DNA of 28,448 nt, from positions 1 through 28,448 of IMG/VR virus record IMGVR_UViG_3300044513_000968. One strand, 5' to 3'. Below the pieces are notes generated by a model. The model saw only the letters and a program-made list of their open reading frames with translations, did not search any database and was not told where the DNA came from. The stretch is from a virus. Lineage: Duplodnaviria > Caudoviricetes. Below are positions 15,270 to 23,832 of the stretch, one piece after another (position 1 is the stretch's first letter; each line of letters begins with the position of its first letter). Made by a program: the position numbers and the translations under genes.

Positions 15270-16835
15270 CTATTTACCTTTTTTTCCGCCCTTCATATTA
15301 GCACACCAGTGATACATTTTGCCTTTTTCACCACCATGTTTACGAGCCTTAGCACGTAAACTACTTACAGATCCTTTACAACTTGCACCAGCCTTCTTGA
15401 CTCTGCCCGGACGACTTTTACCCTTTTTTTTACCGTCAGCAAAGTTTTCACTTACATCAGGACTTTTTTTTAGACCAATTATAAGCCTATATGCATTAGG
15501 ATCATCACTAATTACTTCGTCATACTGTGCATCTTTGTAACCATCAGCGTCTTGCACATCATAACCAAGACGTTTTAGTTGTTTTAACATATATGCTTTT
15601 TCTTTGTCACCACCATAAAACTGCACCATGATATCAGGATCATCTGGATTCATATCGTTTGGGTCAATATCTTTAATGTTTGCCATATTAGTACCAAGTT
15701 TTATAAAGTCATAATCAGCATCAGATTTGACCAATGAAGTATTTTTAGGATTAGGAATTAATTCACCTTCATCTGTTTTTTTATTAAACTTATGTGTGTA
15801 CGCATCTTTATCACCACGTGCCGCCGCGGCTCTTCTTGCTTTAACTTTATCTGCAACACTTGGCTCTTCTGGAGCACGTTTCTTTTTAATCGTTGTACGT
15901 GGAACATTACGAGTAGCAAACCCTAATATTTCATTTGTGTTTTCTTCTGCTGGTTTATTAAAGTAATCTTTTAAACTTGAAGCAGTTCTTTCAAACTTGT
16001 GATCTTTGTGCTTAAATCCAACGCCACCTGCAGATTGCCATTTAGAAACGTTTTGACCAAAGTCGTCAATTAGTATGTTAGGTGTACCGTCTGGTTGTTT
16101 TGCATATGCTTGTTTGTCTGTGGTAATAATAACTTTCTTAGGCGGAAATGCTGATAGATTATTTTTAACCCATTCTCTTTTGTGTGGTTCTGCTCTGTCG
16201 TCATTAGCAAGAGGAGCAGAAAGAATATTGTACTCGCCTTTAATATCTTTAATGATACCTAATAGTTTATCTGCATTAGGTGTAGGCTTTAGTTTTAACC
16301 AAAAATCTTCTGTATCTCTAATCTTTTGTAATGCGGCATCAACATTTTTAATTTGTTTCCAATCTTTGACACCCATCATTTTAGTCCATTCACCAAAGAA
16401 GTCTACAAGTACACCGTCCATATCCACATAGATTTCTGAATCGCTTGATAGTTCTTTGCCTTTAAGTTCGTTAAGTTTAGATTCTTTTGCCATCTTAGTT
16501 GCAGTTGCATACATGACTGCTTCTGCATCATCACCATAACGCTTTTTAAAATCTTTTTTGTTTTTCTTCATACCTTTGACGTATTTTTCTTTGTCTTTTT
16601 CTTCGCCTTTGGTAAGTGAACGTTCTTCAACACTTTCGGCCATACCTAAGTTGAATAGTACGTTTGTTTTAGAACCTTTGACTTTTTTGCTTAATGTTGG
16701 CGGACGGCCGTCTTTATCAACTTTGAAACCAAGTTTGCCTGCTTCAATTGGAATCTGATTTACTCCAACATCAGGCGTTGTATTAACACCTTTTACAATT
16801 CTTCCACCAAATTCTTTTAGTTCTTGCCATCTCAT
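15270..16835 (-). CDS. Multi-module protein with a central HAD 5'(3')-deoxyribonucleotidase-like domain
   Basis: MRWQELKE leader; IYVDMDGVLVDF, ILSAP, KREW, ILIDD; flanked by short unrelated modules. Confidence 0.8.
   Translation of the reverse strand: MRWQELKEFGGRIVKGVNTTPDVGVNQIPIEAGKLGFKVDKDGRPPTLSKKVKGSKTNVLFNLGMAESVEERSLTKGEEKDKEKYVKGMKKNKKDFKKRYGDDAEAVMYATATKMAKESKLNELKGKELSSDSEIYVDMDGVLVDFFGEWTKMMGVKDWKQIKNVDAALQKIRDTEDFWLKLKPTPNADKLLGIIKDIKGEYNILSAPLANDDRAEPHKREWVKNNLSAFPPKKVIITTDKQAYAKQPDGTPNILIDDFGQNVSKWQSAGGVGFKHKDHKFERTASSLKDYFNKPAEENTNEILGFATRNVPRTTIKKKRAPEEPSVADKVKARRAAAARGDKDAYTHKFNKKTDEGELIPNPKNTSLVKSDADYDFIKLGTNMANIKDIDPNDMNPDDPDIMVQFYGGDKEKAYMLKQLKRLGYDVQDADGYKDAQYDEVISDDPNAYRLIIGLKKSPDVSENFADGKKKGKSRPGRVKKAGASCKGSVSSLRAKARKHGGEKGKMYHWCANMKGGKKGK
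15271..15278 (-). promoter_or_regulatory. Late promoter (GGTAAATA), leaderless arrangement
   Basis: TAAATA-gtaat-ATG. Confidence 0.6.
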
Positions 16836-17056
16836 TTTTTACGGCTCCTTAATCCTGGAGGATACTCTTGACCCTTCCAGTAAGGACGGCTAAACCATAG
16901 TTTAAACCAATCTTCATCACCTGGACGTAAATTCTTTTCTTTTTCTATACGTCTTTTTTCTGTACCTGTATGACTAATATTTTCGTCTACAGGTTTTAAA
17001 CCTTTAAAACTATATTCGCCAACACCTGCTAATTTTTTAAGTGTATCTAAGTCCAT
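16832..17056 (-). CDS. Small protein with LKKLAG motif
   Basis: 74 aa, coupled on both sides; PGDEDWFKLWFSRPY. Confidence 0.8.
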   Translation of the reverse strand: MDLDTLKKLAGVGEYSFKGLKPVDENISHTGTEKRRIEKEKNLRPGDEDWFKLWFSRPYWKGQEYPPGLRSRKK

Positions 17057-17625
17057 TATGACGCCTGTAGTATTGTTGATAAGTTATCGAACATCTTTTT
17101 AGCATAAGGTTGTGCCGCTTTAGTAACGCCTTTACTAAATGCTTCAAAGTTATTATCCATAACTGCTTGACGCATTTTACTTGCACTCATTCCTGATGCA
17201 TCATCTGCATCTGGATTACGTGATAATCTTTGAAACTTAATTTCTTCAAAATCGAAAAATCCGTGATCTTTTTTTATGCCGTTGTATTGTTCTAATAATT
17301 TACCTAACTTATCTTCACCTTCGAAGAAAGTCACTTTAGAATAACCTCTTGCATACAAATCACTTGCGGCAAACATAATATTTTTAGATAGTTCTATTTT
17401 AATATCTGGGAAACTTTTTCTTGCCCAATCTAATTTTTCATTTGGGTTTAAAGGATCTGTTGGAAGTTTTGCGGCTCTGTCTGTTAAGAAAAGTATTGCA
17501 TCACCTGGACCTTGTTTAAGTGCTTCAACAAGTAAGCCGTGTCCTGTCGTAGCCGGATTAAGTCTTCCTAAAGCAAAACTAACTTCTTTGCCCAACTGTT
17601 CAACAAACAATTCTCTTAACTGCAT
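17056..17625 (-). CDS. HIGH-superfamily nucleotidyltransferase (cytidyltransferase-like)
   Basis: GRLNPATTGH (HIGH-like), DPL...EK, MSASKMR (KMSKS-like); MQLRELFVE leader. Confidence 0.8.
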   Translation of the reverse strand: MQLRELFVEQLGKEVSFALGRLNPATTGHGLLVEALKQGPGDAILFLTDRAAKLPTDPLNPNEKLDWARKSFPDIKIELSKNIMFAASDLYARGYSKVTFFEGEDKLGKLLEQYNGIKKDHGFFDFEEIKFQRLSRNPDADDASGMSASKMRQAVMDNNFEAFSKGVTKAAQPYAKKMFDNLSTILQAS

Positions 17626-17954
17626 TAGTACTCACCTTCTTTAAATGCTTCTACTTCCTGTTCATAAATCATTTCTGCAAGTGATTTTCTTTCGTCCATA
17701 GTAATAAGATCATTACCACGTTGTGGTAAGTCATATTTTTTAATATAATGATCTACACCTTTATCAATCATAGGTAAAATAATTTCAATCGTTTTATTTT
17801 TATCGCCATTATTATAACAGTCTTGACATTTTGCCATAGTAGGGTAGTACATTTGCCTATAGAAAGCAGTATCGTCTCTCATATGACACAATAAGTCACT
17901 TGGAACATCATATGAAGGGTTATCTTCTTTATTTAAAATATCATCAAATTTCAT
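17625..17954 (-). CDS. Hypothetical helical protein (109 aa)
   Basis: Likely start MKFDDIL at 17954, 1 nt after the upstream stop. Confidence 0.75.
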   Translation of the reverse strand: MKFDDILNKEDNPSYDVPSDLLCHMRDDTAFYRQMYYPTMAKCQDCYNNGDKNKTIEIILPMIDKGVDHYIKKYDLPQRGNDLITMDERKSLAEMIYEQEVEAFKEGEY

Positions 17955-17955
17955 A

Positions 17956-18663
17956 TTACCACTTCCTGCAAGACCAATATCTTGCCTTTGTTCTTGGACC
18001 TGGATTATCACAGTTATGTCTTGCTCGGAAACTTCTTCTACGTGCAGGGTTAGACTTTTTAATGCTCATTGCTTTACCTTTAACACTTGAGCCACCGTGT
18101 CCAAAGTTTACTTTCTTTACGTTGCCTGTTTTAGGATCTTTTACATATACCTTAAACTTCTTAACGTCACCTTGCATAGGCTTACCAAGTTTAACTTTAC
18201 GTCCTTGGTACTCTGCTTCGTCCATGATGTCATCTTCGTTATACCACATCTCACCGTATGCTTCGTAAAAGTCATCATCGTCATCATATGTTTCGTCAAT
18301 ACTTGCACCAGCAAGTTCTTTAATTCTATCAACTTCTTTTTGACCCATCTTATCATCGTAGTCATCTTGTGCCGCATCCATTGCATACTCATGATCCGGA
18401 CCATCTGGTCGAACTACCATTGTAGCAAATTCGTCATCAACTTTAGCATTGCCTTCATATTCTGACTCACCTCTTAATGAGTTAGGATCTACTTTACCGT
18501 TAACTACTTTATAGTATAATGTACCATATGCTGTTTCACCGTCATCACCTGTGAATTCAAATTCTGTTTCGTATTCTTCGCCGTGCTTTTTGACACCTGT
18601 GTAATATTGTGAGCCTGATTCGTTTTCGGCTTCCTTTAGATAATCTCTAAATTTCTTAGTCAT
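17956..18663 (-). CDS. Modular protein with acidic N-half and basic two-Cys C-terminal domain
   Basis: MTKKFRDYLKE leader; IKELAG; MDE-AEYQGRKV...RRRSFRARHNC...ARYWSCRKW. Confidence 0.8.
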   Translation of the reverse strand: MTKKFRDYLKEAENESGSQYYTGVKKHGEEYETEFEFTGDDGETAYGTLYYKVVNGKVDPNSLRGESEYEGNAKVDDEFATMVVRPDGPDHEYAMDAAQDDYDDKMGQKEVDRIKELAGASIDETYDDDDDFYEAYGEMWYNEDDIMDEAEYQGRKVKLGKPMQGDVKKFKVYVKDPKTGNVKKVNFGHGGSSVKGKAMSIKKSNPARRRSFRARHNCDNPGPRTKARYWSCRKW

Positions 18664-18673
18664 GTGAATAACC

Positions 18674-18703
18674 CTTTATAATACGCATTATAAAGTATTT
18701 ATC
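18674..18703 (-). promoter_or_regulatory. Late promoter (GATAAATA) followed by a 9-bp hairpin overlapping the SD
   Basis: GATAAATA CTTTATAAT-GCGT-ATTATAAAG GG ttattcac ATG. Confidence 0.6.
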
Positions 18704-18712
18704 ACAGTTTGT

Positions 18713-18982
18713 CTATACAGAGATTTCGATATCGAACTTAGAAAACCCTAAATCAAACAGTCTATTTGCTATTCTTTCAGCAACAGCATTGGATTCTGCT
18801 TCGTCTAATTGCTTGTGGGTATCAATAGTAAGCACTGTTTCGCCCTTATCGGACTCATATACTTCATATAGTGCTTCTGATTCTGTTAGTGCTTCGTCTG
18901 TGCAGTTTAACACTTGTTCAGCAATAATAGCATCAACATCTTCTTGTTTGCCTTGCCATACAATATTAATAAAATTACTCAT
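18713..18982 (-). CDS. Small acidic hypothetical protein
   Basis: 89 aa, GGGGA SD. Confidence 0.75.
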   Translation of the reverse strand: MSNFINIVWQGKQEDVDAIIAEQVLNCTDEALTESEALYEVYESDKGETVLTIDTHKQLDEAESNAVAERIANRLFDLGFSKFDIEISV

Positions 18983-18990
18983 AATATCCC

Positions 18991-19332
18991 CTAATGATTC
19001 AACAAGATAGTGTTAATAGTACCATCTGTGTAAACTACTTTTGCTCTAACCCATACAAAGTTACCAGTGAAGTTTGCATACTTGCTGGCAGTTTCTTGTG
19101 CCGCCGTATATGTATGTACTGCAAACCAGTCAGCATCAGTAGGTGCAGTAGCAAGTGTACCTTGTATAGTAATTGTACCAGTTAACCCGTTAAAGTTATA
19201 CTGTACAGTGTGTACACCGTCTGCTCTGCTGTAATAACCATCACCTTTGTACTTTTCGCCCGTAATTGTTTGTACGGTGCTGTCTCCCGGGTGGGTATTT
19301 GCTGATAAAATTGTTTCACTGTTACTTGGCAT
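18991..19332 (-). CDS. Thr/Gly-rich beta protein, probable virion component
   Basis: 113 aa, late promoter, beta-strand pattern. Confidence 0.65.
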   Translation of the reverse strand: MPSNSETILSANTHPGDSTVQTITGEKYKGDGYYSRADGVHTVQYNFNGLTGTITIQGTLATAPTDADWFAVHTYTAAQETASKYANFTGNFVWVRAKVVYTDGTINTILLNH

Positions 19333-19337
19333 ACAAC

Positions 19338-19345
19338 TATTTATC
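19338..19345 (-). promoter_or_regulatory. Late promoter (GATAAATA), leaderless arrangement
   Basis: TAAATA-gttgt-ATG. Confidence 0.6.
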
Positions 19346-19350
19346 TAAAT

Positions 19351-21603
19351 CTATGCTGTAACAGATTCTGTTTTTTTAGAAGGTACTAACTTGATTTTCT
19401 TATCTTCAATGTCAATATGTAAATGACCGCCATCTTTTAACTCGCCAAACAATAGTATCTTACTTAAATCACGTTTGATTTCTTTATCAATAGTACGTTG
19501 TAACGGTCTTGCACCCATCTTCTTATCAAATCCAACATCTACAAGGTAATCAATAGTGTCGTCTGTAATATCAACAGTAACATTCTTTTCTGAAAGCATA
19601 TCACGTAATTCAACAAGGAACTTACCAACAATTTTAATCATTGTATTCTTCTCAAGTTTACCAAATGCAATTACACCGTCAAGTCTGTTACGGAATTCAG
19701 GAGCAAAAAACTTCTTGAGTTCTGTATCTTCGTATTCTACTTCAAGATCTTCATTGAAGCCGATAGCGTTTTTCTCTGCTTGTTCTGCACCTAAGTTTGT
19801 TGTTAAGATCAGAACGGCATTTTTCGCATCGGCTTCTTTACCGTTGCTTCCAGTAACTTTTCCATTATCCATTAATTGTAATAGGATCTGTGATACGTCT
19901 GGATGTGCTTTTTCAATCTCATCGAGTAGTAATACACAGTTAGGATGCTCTTGCAATTTTGTAATTAATACACCTGCATTTTCTTCATAGCCAACATATC
20001 CAGGAGGTGAACCAATTAGTTTAGCAACTGAATGCTTTTCTTGATACTCTGACATATCAAAACGCACAAGTTCTACACTTAATTCTCTTGCAAGTTGTTT
20101 TGCTGTTTCAGTTTTACCTACACCTGTTGGACCCATAAACACAAACGATCCGATTGGTTTATTGTCTGGTTTAAGACCTGCTTGTGCAACAAGTATCTTA
20201 TCAACAATTTCGTCAATTGCTTTGTCTTGTCCGTATACCTGCTTCTTAAGATTATCTTCAAGATGTGCAAGGTTGCTTGATTCTTTTTGTTGTACTTGTT
20301 CAGGCGGTAGTTTAATTGCCTTAGCAAGTTCAAACTCAATTTCTTCTTTGCCTACAACTTTATCGCCTTCAACTTTTTTAAGATTAAATCTTGAACAAGC
20401 AAGATCAATTAAGTCAATTGCTTTGTCCGGCAGTTTTTTATCAGCCATATATTTCACTGAAAGTTTAATTGAAGTATCAATTGCTTCTTCAGTAATTTCT
20501 ACTTTATGATAGTCTTCATAATACTTTTTAATACCTTGTAAGATTGATTTTGTTGTTGCTTTGTCTGGTTCAGCAACACTAACACGTTGAAAACGTCTCA
20601 TTAATGCACGATCCTTTTCAAAGTATTTGCGGTATTCTTCCCAAGTAGTTGATGCTACAACTTTAATATCACCTTTACCAAGAGCAGGCTTTAGCATATT
20701 AGCAAGATCGTTTGCACTATTAGAGCCACCGCCGGCACCTGCACCATTAATCATGTGTGCTTCGTCAATGAATACAATAGTTTTGCCTTGCTTCTTGATT
20801 GCACTCATTACAAGTTTAAATCTTTCTTCAAAGTCACCTCTATATTTAGAACCTGCCAACATAGCACTAATGTCTAAATTATAAACTTTATACTCTTGTA
20901 AAAATTCTGGTACTGCTTTGTTAACGATATTCCATGCAAGTCCTTCTGCAATAGCAGTCTTACCTACACCAGGATCACCAACAAGTAATACATTGTTCTT
21001 TGCACGTCTACCTAATGCAAGTGCAATACTTTCTAATTCTTCGTTACGTCCGATAACTGGATCTACTTTATTCTTTTCTACTTCTTTGTTTAAGTCTGTT
21101 GAAAATTCACGTAATGCTTTTTGTGAAAGCGAACGCATTTCTTCATCTTCGTAAACTGCTTCTAATTCGTTGTTCAAATAATCAGCAAATGTTTCTTTTG
21201 TGATACCTGCCTTTTGAATATGATAGTATGACCATGATTTCTTTTCATTCATAATGCTTAAAAATACATCAGTAATTTCAATGTTATGTCTACCACTAAA
21301 CAACACTTGTGTAAATGCTCTATTCAGTACACGTTCTACAGTTGATGTTTTCTTAGGTTTAAACTTTTTAGAATTCTCTGCAGGCAATGTAATTTCTTGG
21401 CATTCGTTTTTTAAATAGTTTTCGATATTCTTTTTAATAAAGTCAGGATCAGCACCAGAGCCTTCTACAATTTTAGAAAACTTGTCACTGCATAACATTG
21501 CAAATAAAAGATGCTCAAGTGTCACGTACTCGTGATTCAACTTCTTAGCATCGTTCATTGATTTATCAAATACCGCCTGCAAATCATCACTTGGTTCAAC
21601 CAT
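19351..21603 (-). CDS. clpA: ATP-dependent Clp protease ATP-binding subunit ClpA
   Basis: Clp N-domain (HEYVTLEHLL), two AAA+ modules (GDPGVGKT/FIDEAH; GPTGVGKT/LLDEIEK), IGF loop, GARPL, no M-domain, 750 aa. Confidence 0.93.
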   Translation of the reverse strand: MVEPSDDLQAVFDKSMNDAKKLNHEYVTLEHLLFAMLCSDKFSKIVEGSGADPDFIKKNIENYLKNECQEITLPAENSKKFKPKKTSTVERVLNRAFTQVLFSGRHNIEITDVFLSIMNEKKSWSYYHIQKAGITKETFADYLNNELEAVYEDEEMRSLSQKALREFSTDLNKEVEKNKVDPVIGRNEELESIALALGRRAKNNVLLVGDPGVGKTAIAEGLAWNIVNKAVPEFLQEYKVYNLDISAMLAGSKYRGDFEERFKLVMSAIKKQGKTIVFIDEAHMINGAGAGGGSNSANDLANMLKPALGKGDIKVVASTTWEEYRKYFEKDRALMRRFQRVSVAEPDKATTKSILQGIKKYYEDYHKVEITEEAIDTSIKLSVKYMADKKLPDKAIDLIDLACSRFNLKKVEGDKVVGKEEIEFELAKAIKLPPEQVQQKESSNLAHLEDNLKKQVYGQDKAIDEIVDKILVAQAGLKPDNKPIGSFVFMGPTGVGKTETAKQLARELSVELVRFDMSEYQEKHSVAKLIGSPPGYVGYEENAGVLITKLQEHPNCVLLLDEIEKAHPDVSQILLQLMDNGKVTGSNGKEADAKNAVLILTTNLGAEQAEKNAIGFNEDLEVEYEDTELKKFFAPEFRNRLDGVIAFGKLEKNTMIKIVGKFLVELRDMLSEKNVTVDITDDTIDYLVDVGFDKKMGARPLQRTIDKEIKRDLSKILLFGELKDGGHLHIDIEDKKIKLVPSKKTESVTA

Positions 21604-22123
21604 ACTTTATCATTCCTTTAATTTGTTTCATTAATTTTTCTTGCTTCTTTTTAGCCATATCTATTTTTAATTTACTTACACGGTCAATATAGTTAATACC
21701 GTACAAATGATCAAATTCGTGTTGAAAAATTCTTGCATTCCAACCAGTAAACTCTACTATACACTCTTTTCCGCTACTGTCAAGAAACTTAGCCACCAAA
21801 GCCACCGCACGTTTTACCTTAAAAAATAATCCTGGAAAACTTAAACAACCTTCTTCACCTATAATTGTTTGCTCTGAAACTTTTTCTATTTTAGGATTAA
21901 TAACAGCAAATGATTGTCTATCTTTATATCCTTGTAATTCTTTTGGTTCCATAACAAAAATTTGTGCATCTAAATCAACCTGATTGGCACTTAATCCAAC
22001 ACCATGTTCTTTAGTCATGATGTCTACCATTTGCTTTTCAATTTCTATTGCATCTAACTTGTCGAAGTCAAAAGGTTGTACTTGCTTCAATAAAGCCGGA
22101 TGCGGATGATAAACTAATTTCAT
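21596..22123 (-). CDS. def: Peptide deformylase
   Basis: GVGLSANQ, EGCLSFP, QHEFDHL. Confidence 0.96.
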   Translation of the reverse strand: MKLVYHPHPALLKQVQPFDFDKLDAIEIEKQMVDIMTKEHGVGLSANQVDLDAQIFVMEPKELQGYKDRQSFAVINPKIEKVSEQTIIGEEGCLSFPGLFFKVKRAVALVAKFLDSSGKECIVEFTGWNARIFQHEFDHLYGINYIDRVSKLKIDMAKKKQEKLMKQIKGMIKYG

Positions 22124-22965
22124 TCCTGTATCTTTCTTATTAAGTTGTATTGTTCTTCAGTTAAGTTTCTTGGAATAACTCCGTTTACTTTTAAGTAAAC
22201 GTTTCCAGAAGCGCCTGAATTATAGTCGGGTAAGCCTTGACCGTGTATGCTTAGAATAGTGCCTGGTTGTGTGCCTCTTGGTACATTAATACTTATAGTT
22301 CTTCCTGTCGGAAGTGTAAGATTTGTGGTAGTTCCAAGGATCATTTCAAATATATTAATCTTTGTAACAGCGTGTAAATTTAAACCATCTTGATCATAAT
22401 TTGGATCACGTTTTATTCTTACTTTTACATTAAGATTACCTCTTGGTATATTAGGAATACTATCGTCACCTAATCCGCCATAACGAATAGTATCTCCGTG
22501 TCTTGCACCTTTTGGAATATCAATATTTACAGTTTGCTCTTTACTACTGTTAGTTCTAAATGTAGCAATAACACCTTTACCTGTGTACACTTCTCCTAAT
22601 GTAATATCACAAGCAATAGTAATGTCTCTATTTTGTTGCGGTCTTCTTTGTTGTTGAAATCCTCCACCAAAAAATGTAGAGAATAAATCATTCATGTCAC
22701 CATTAAATTCAAAGTTTCCTGGACCGAAGCCACCAAACCCCTGCTGTTGGAATCCTGCTTGTTGTGGATCAGCGGTTCCAAACTGATCGTACATCTGTTT
22801 CTTTTTTGGATCTGTTAGTGTTTGATATGCTTCGTTAAGTTCTGTAAACTTTTTATGATCACCTCCTTTGTCAGGATGGTGCTTCGCCGCGAGTTTACGG
22901 AATGCGTTTTTAATATCTTTTTCGGAAGCGTTGCGAGAAACGCCTAATAAGTCATAATAATCCAT
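22120..22965 (-). CDS. dnaJ: Class B J-domain co-chaperone (DnaJ/CbpA-like, no zinc finger)
   Basis: DYYDLLGV, HPD, G/F-rich linker, C-terminal substrate-binding domains. Confidence 0.92.
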   Translation of the reverse strand: MDYYDLLGVSRNASEKDIKNAFRKLAAKHHPDKGGDHKKFTELNEAYQTLTDPKKKQMYDQFGTADPQQAGFQQQGFGGFGPGNFEFNGDMNDLFSTFFGGGFQQQRRPQQNRDITIACDITLGEVYTGKGVIATFRTNSSKEQTVNIDIPKGARHGDTIRYGGLGDDSIPNIPRGNLNVKVRIKRDPNYDQDGLNLHAVTKINIFEMILGTTTNLTLPTGRTISINVPRGTQPGTILSIHGQGLPDYNSGASGNVYLKVNGVIPRNLTEEQYNLIRKIQE

Positions 22966-22971
22966 AGCACT

Positions 22972-23000
22972 ATTATATACTTAGTTTAGGCGTTTGTCAA
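22972..23000 (-). promoter_or_regulatory. Consensus sigma70 promoter TTGACA-N17-TATAAT, 6 nt from the dnaJ ATG
   Basis: ttgaca aacgcctaaactaagta tataat agtgct ATG. Confidence 0.85.
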
Positions 23001-23003
23001 GTA

Positions 23004-23327
23004 TTACTTGTCTGATTTTGCTCTTGAACCTGTGTAAAGACCGAACCAAGCCGCGCCAGCACCAACTACAATACTAACTAAACCTGATTGTTCCATTGTA
23101 GGATTTGGCAACGCCATATACCAAATTACGACTTTGTATAACAAATAGATATATGTTGTAATAAAGACACGTGGAAAGATTCTCCAACTGTCTACTGCTC
23201 TTGCTAAGTGTATTAATTTAGCATATGGATTAACACCTAAGTCTTTTGCTGATGCATCAACTTCTAACTCAAGATTAACTGTCTTTTTATGTTCTGAACT
23301 TTGAACTTTTACTTCTGCGTCTGCCAT
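23004..23327 (-). CDS. Two-TM membrane protein, holin candidate
   Basis: WRIFPR followed by two hydrophobic helices; end of the lysis cassette. Confidence 0.55.
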   Translation of the reverse strand: MADAEVKVQSSEHKKTVNLELEVDASAKDLGVNPYAKLIHLARAVDSWRIFPRVFITTYIYLLYKVVIWYMALPNPTMEQSGLVSIVVGAGAAWFGLYTGSRAKSDK

Positions 23328-23608
23328 TATTTTTTACCCTCTAATTTTTTAATGCGTGACTCTAACTCGTCTATTTTTTGAGTTACATGGGGATACTTTG
23401 TACGCCAAGCATTTGGATCATTTTGGAACCATGTCCAACCCCAACGTACTGCAAGATACTCAAGAAAAGCATCAAACTTTTTTACTGCCCACATTGCCAT
23501 TTTTGTGTCTTTAAACCAGAACAAAAATGCGGCACCAAATAAAGATCCTGCTAAGGCTGTGTAAATCCACAGTCTATCAGATGCCATTCTTTCAATCATT
23601 TCCCACAT
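23327..23608 (-). CDS. Single-TM membrane protein with C-terminal coiled coil
   Basis: 93 aa, LWIYTALAGSLFGAAFLFWF; GAGGGA SD. Confidence 0.7.
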   Translation of the reverse strand: MWEMIERMASDRLWIYTALAGSLFGAAFLFWFKDTKMAMWAVKKFDAFLEYLAVRWGWTWFQNDPNAWRTKYPHVTQKIDELESRIKKLEGKK

Positions 23609-23631
23609 ATAATTTCCCTCTTTTATATGTG

Positions 23632-23639
23632 TATTTATC
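23632..23639 (-). promoter_or_regulatory. Late promoter (GATAAATA)
   Basis: TAAATA core upstream of 23608. Confidence 0.65.
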
Positions 23640-23649
23640 GATTATTGGA

Positions 23650-23832
23650 TTAGAAAGAACAAGTGACTTCGCCCTTAGGAACTACTGACTCGTTAATTTT
23701 TGATAGATCTTCGGGTATTTTATCGACCTCGACTCCAGGTCTGACTGTACAAGTGGATTTACCGTTACTGCAACTACTTAGAATTAGTAGTGTTAGTATT
23801 GGAATCACCCTCGTAATAATTTTTATATTCAT
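23650..23832 (-). CDS. Small lipoprotein
   Basis: Signal peptide with lipobox LSSC; two further Cys. Confidence 0.6.
   Translation of the reverse strand: MNIKIITRVIPILTLLILSSCSNGKSTCTVRPGVEVDKIPEDLSKINESVVPKGEVTCSF

Noticed and set aside
1441-18011. Long N-terminal extensions in the track (starts at 1561, 2751, 4114, 6283, 9903, 10238, 11506, 18011)
   Set aside because: They overlap upstream genes or promoters; downstream starts have SD sequences or tight coupling to the previous gene
19351-22965. Host chromosomal contamination (clpA, def, dnaJ)
   Set aside because: Gene order is not a bacterial operon I recognise, composition matches the flanks and the genes are continuous with phage late and lysis genes
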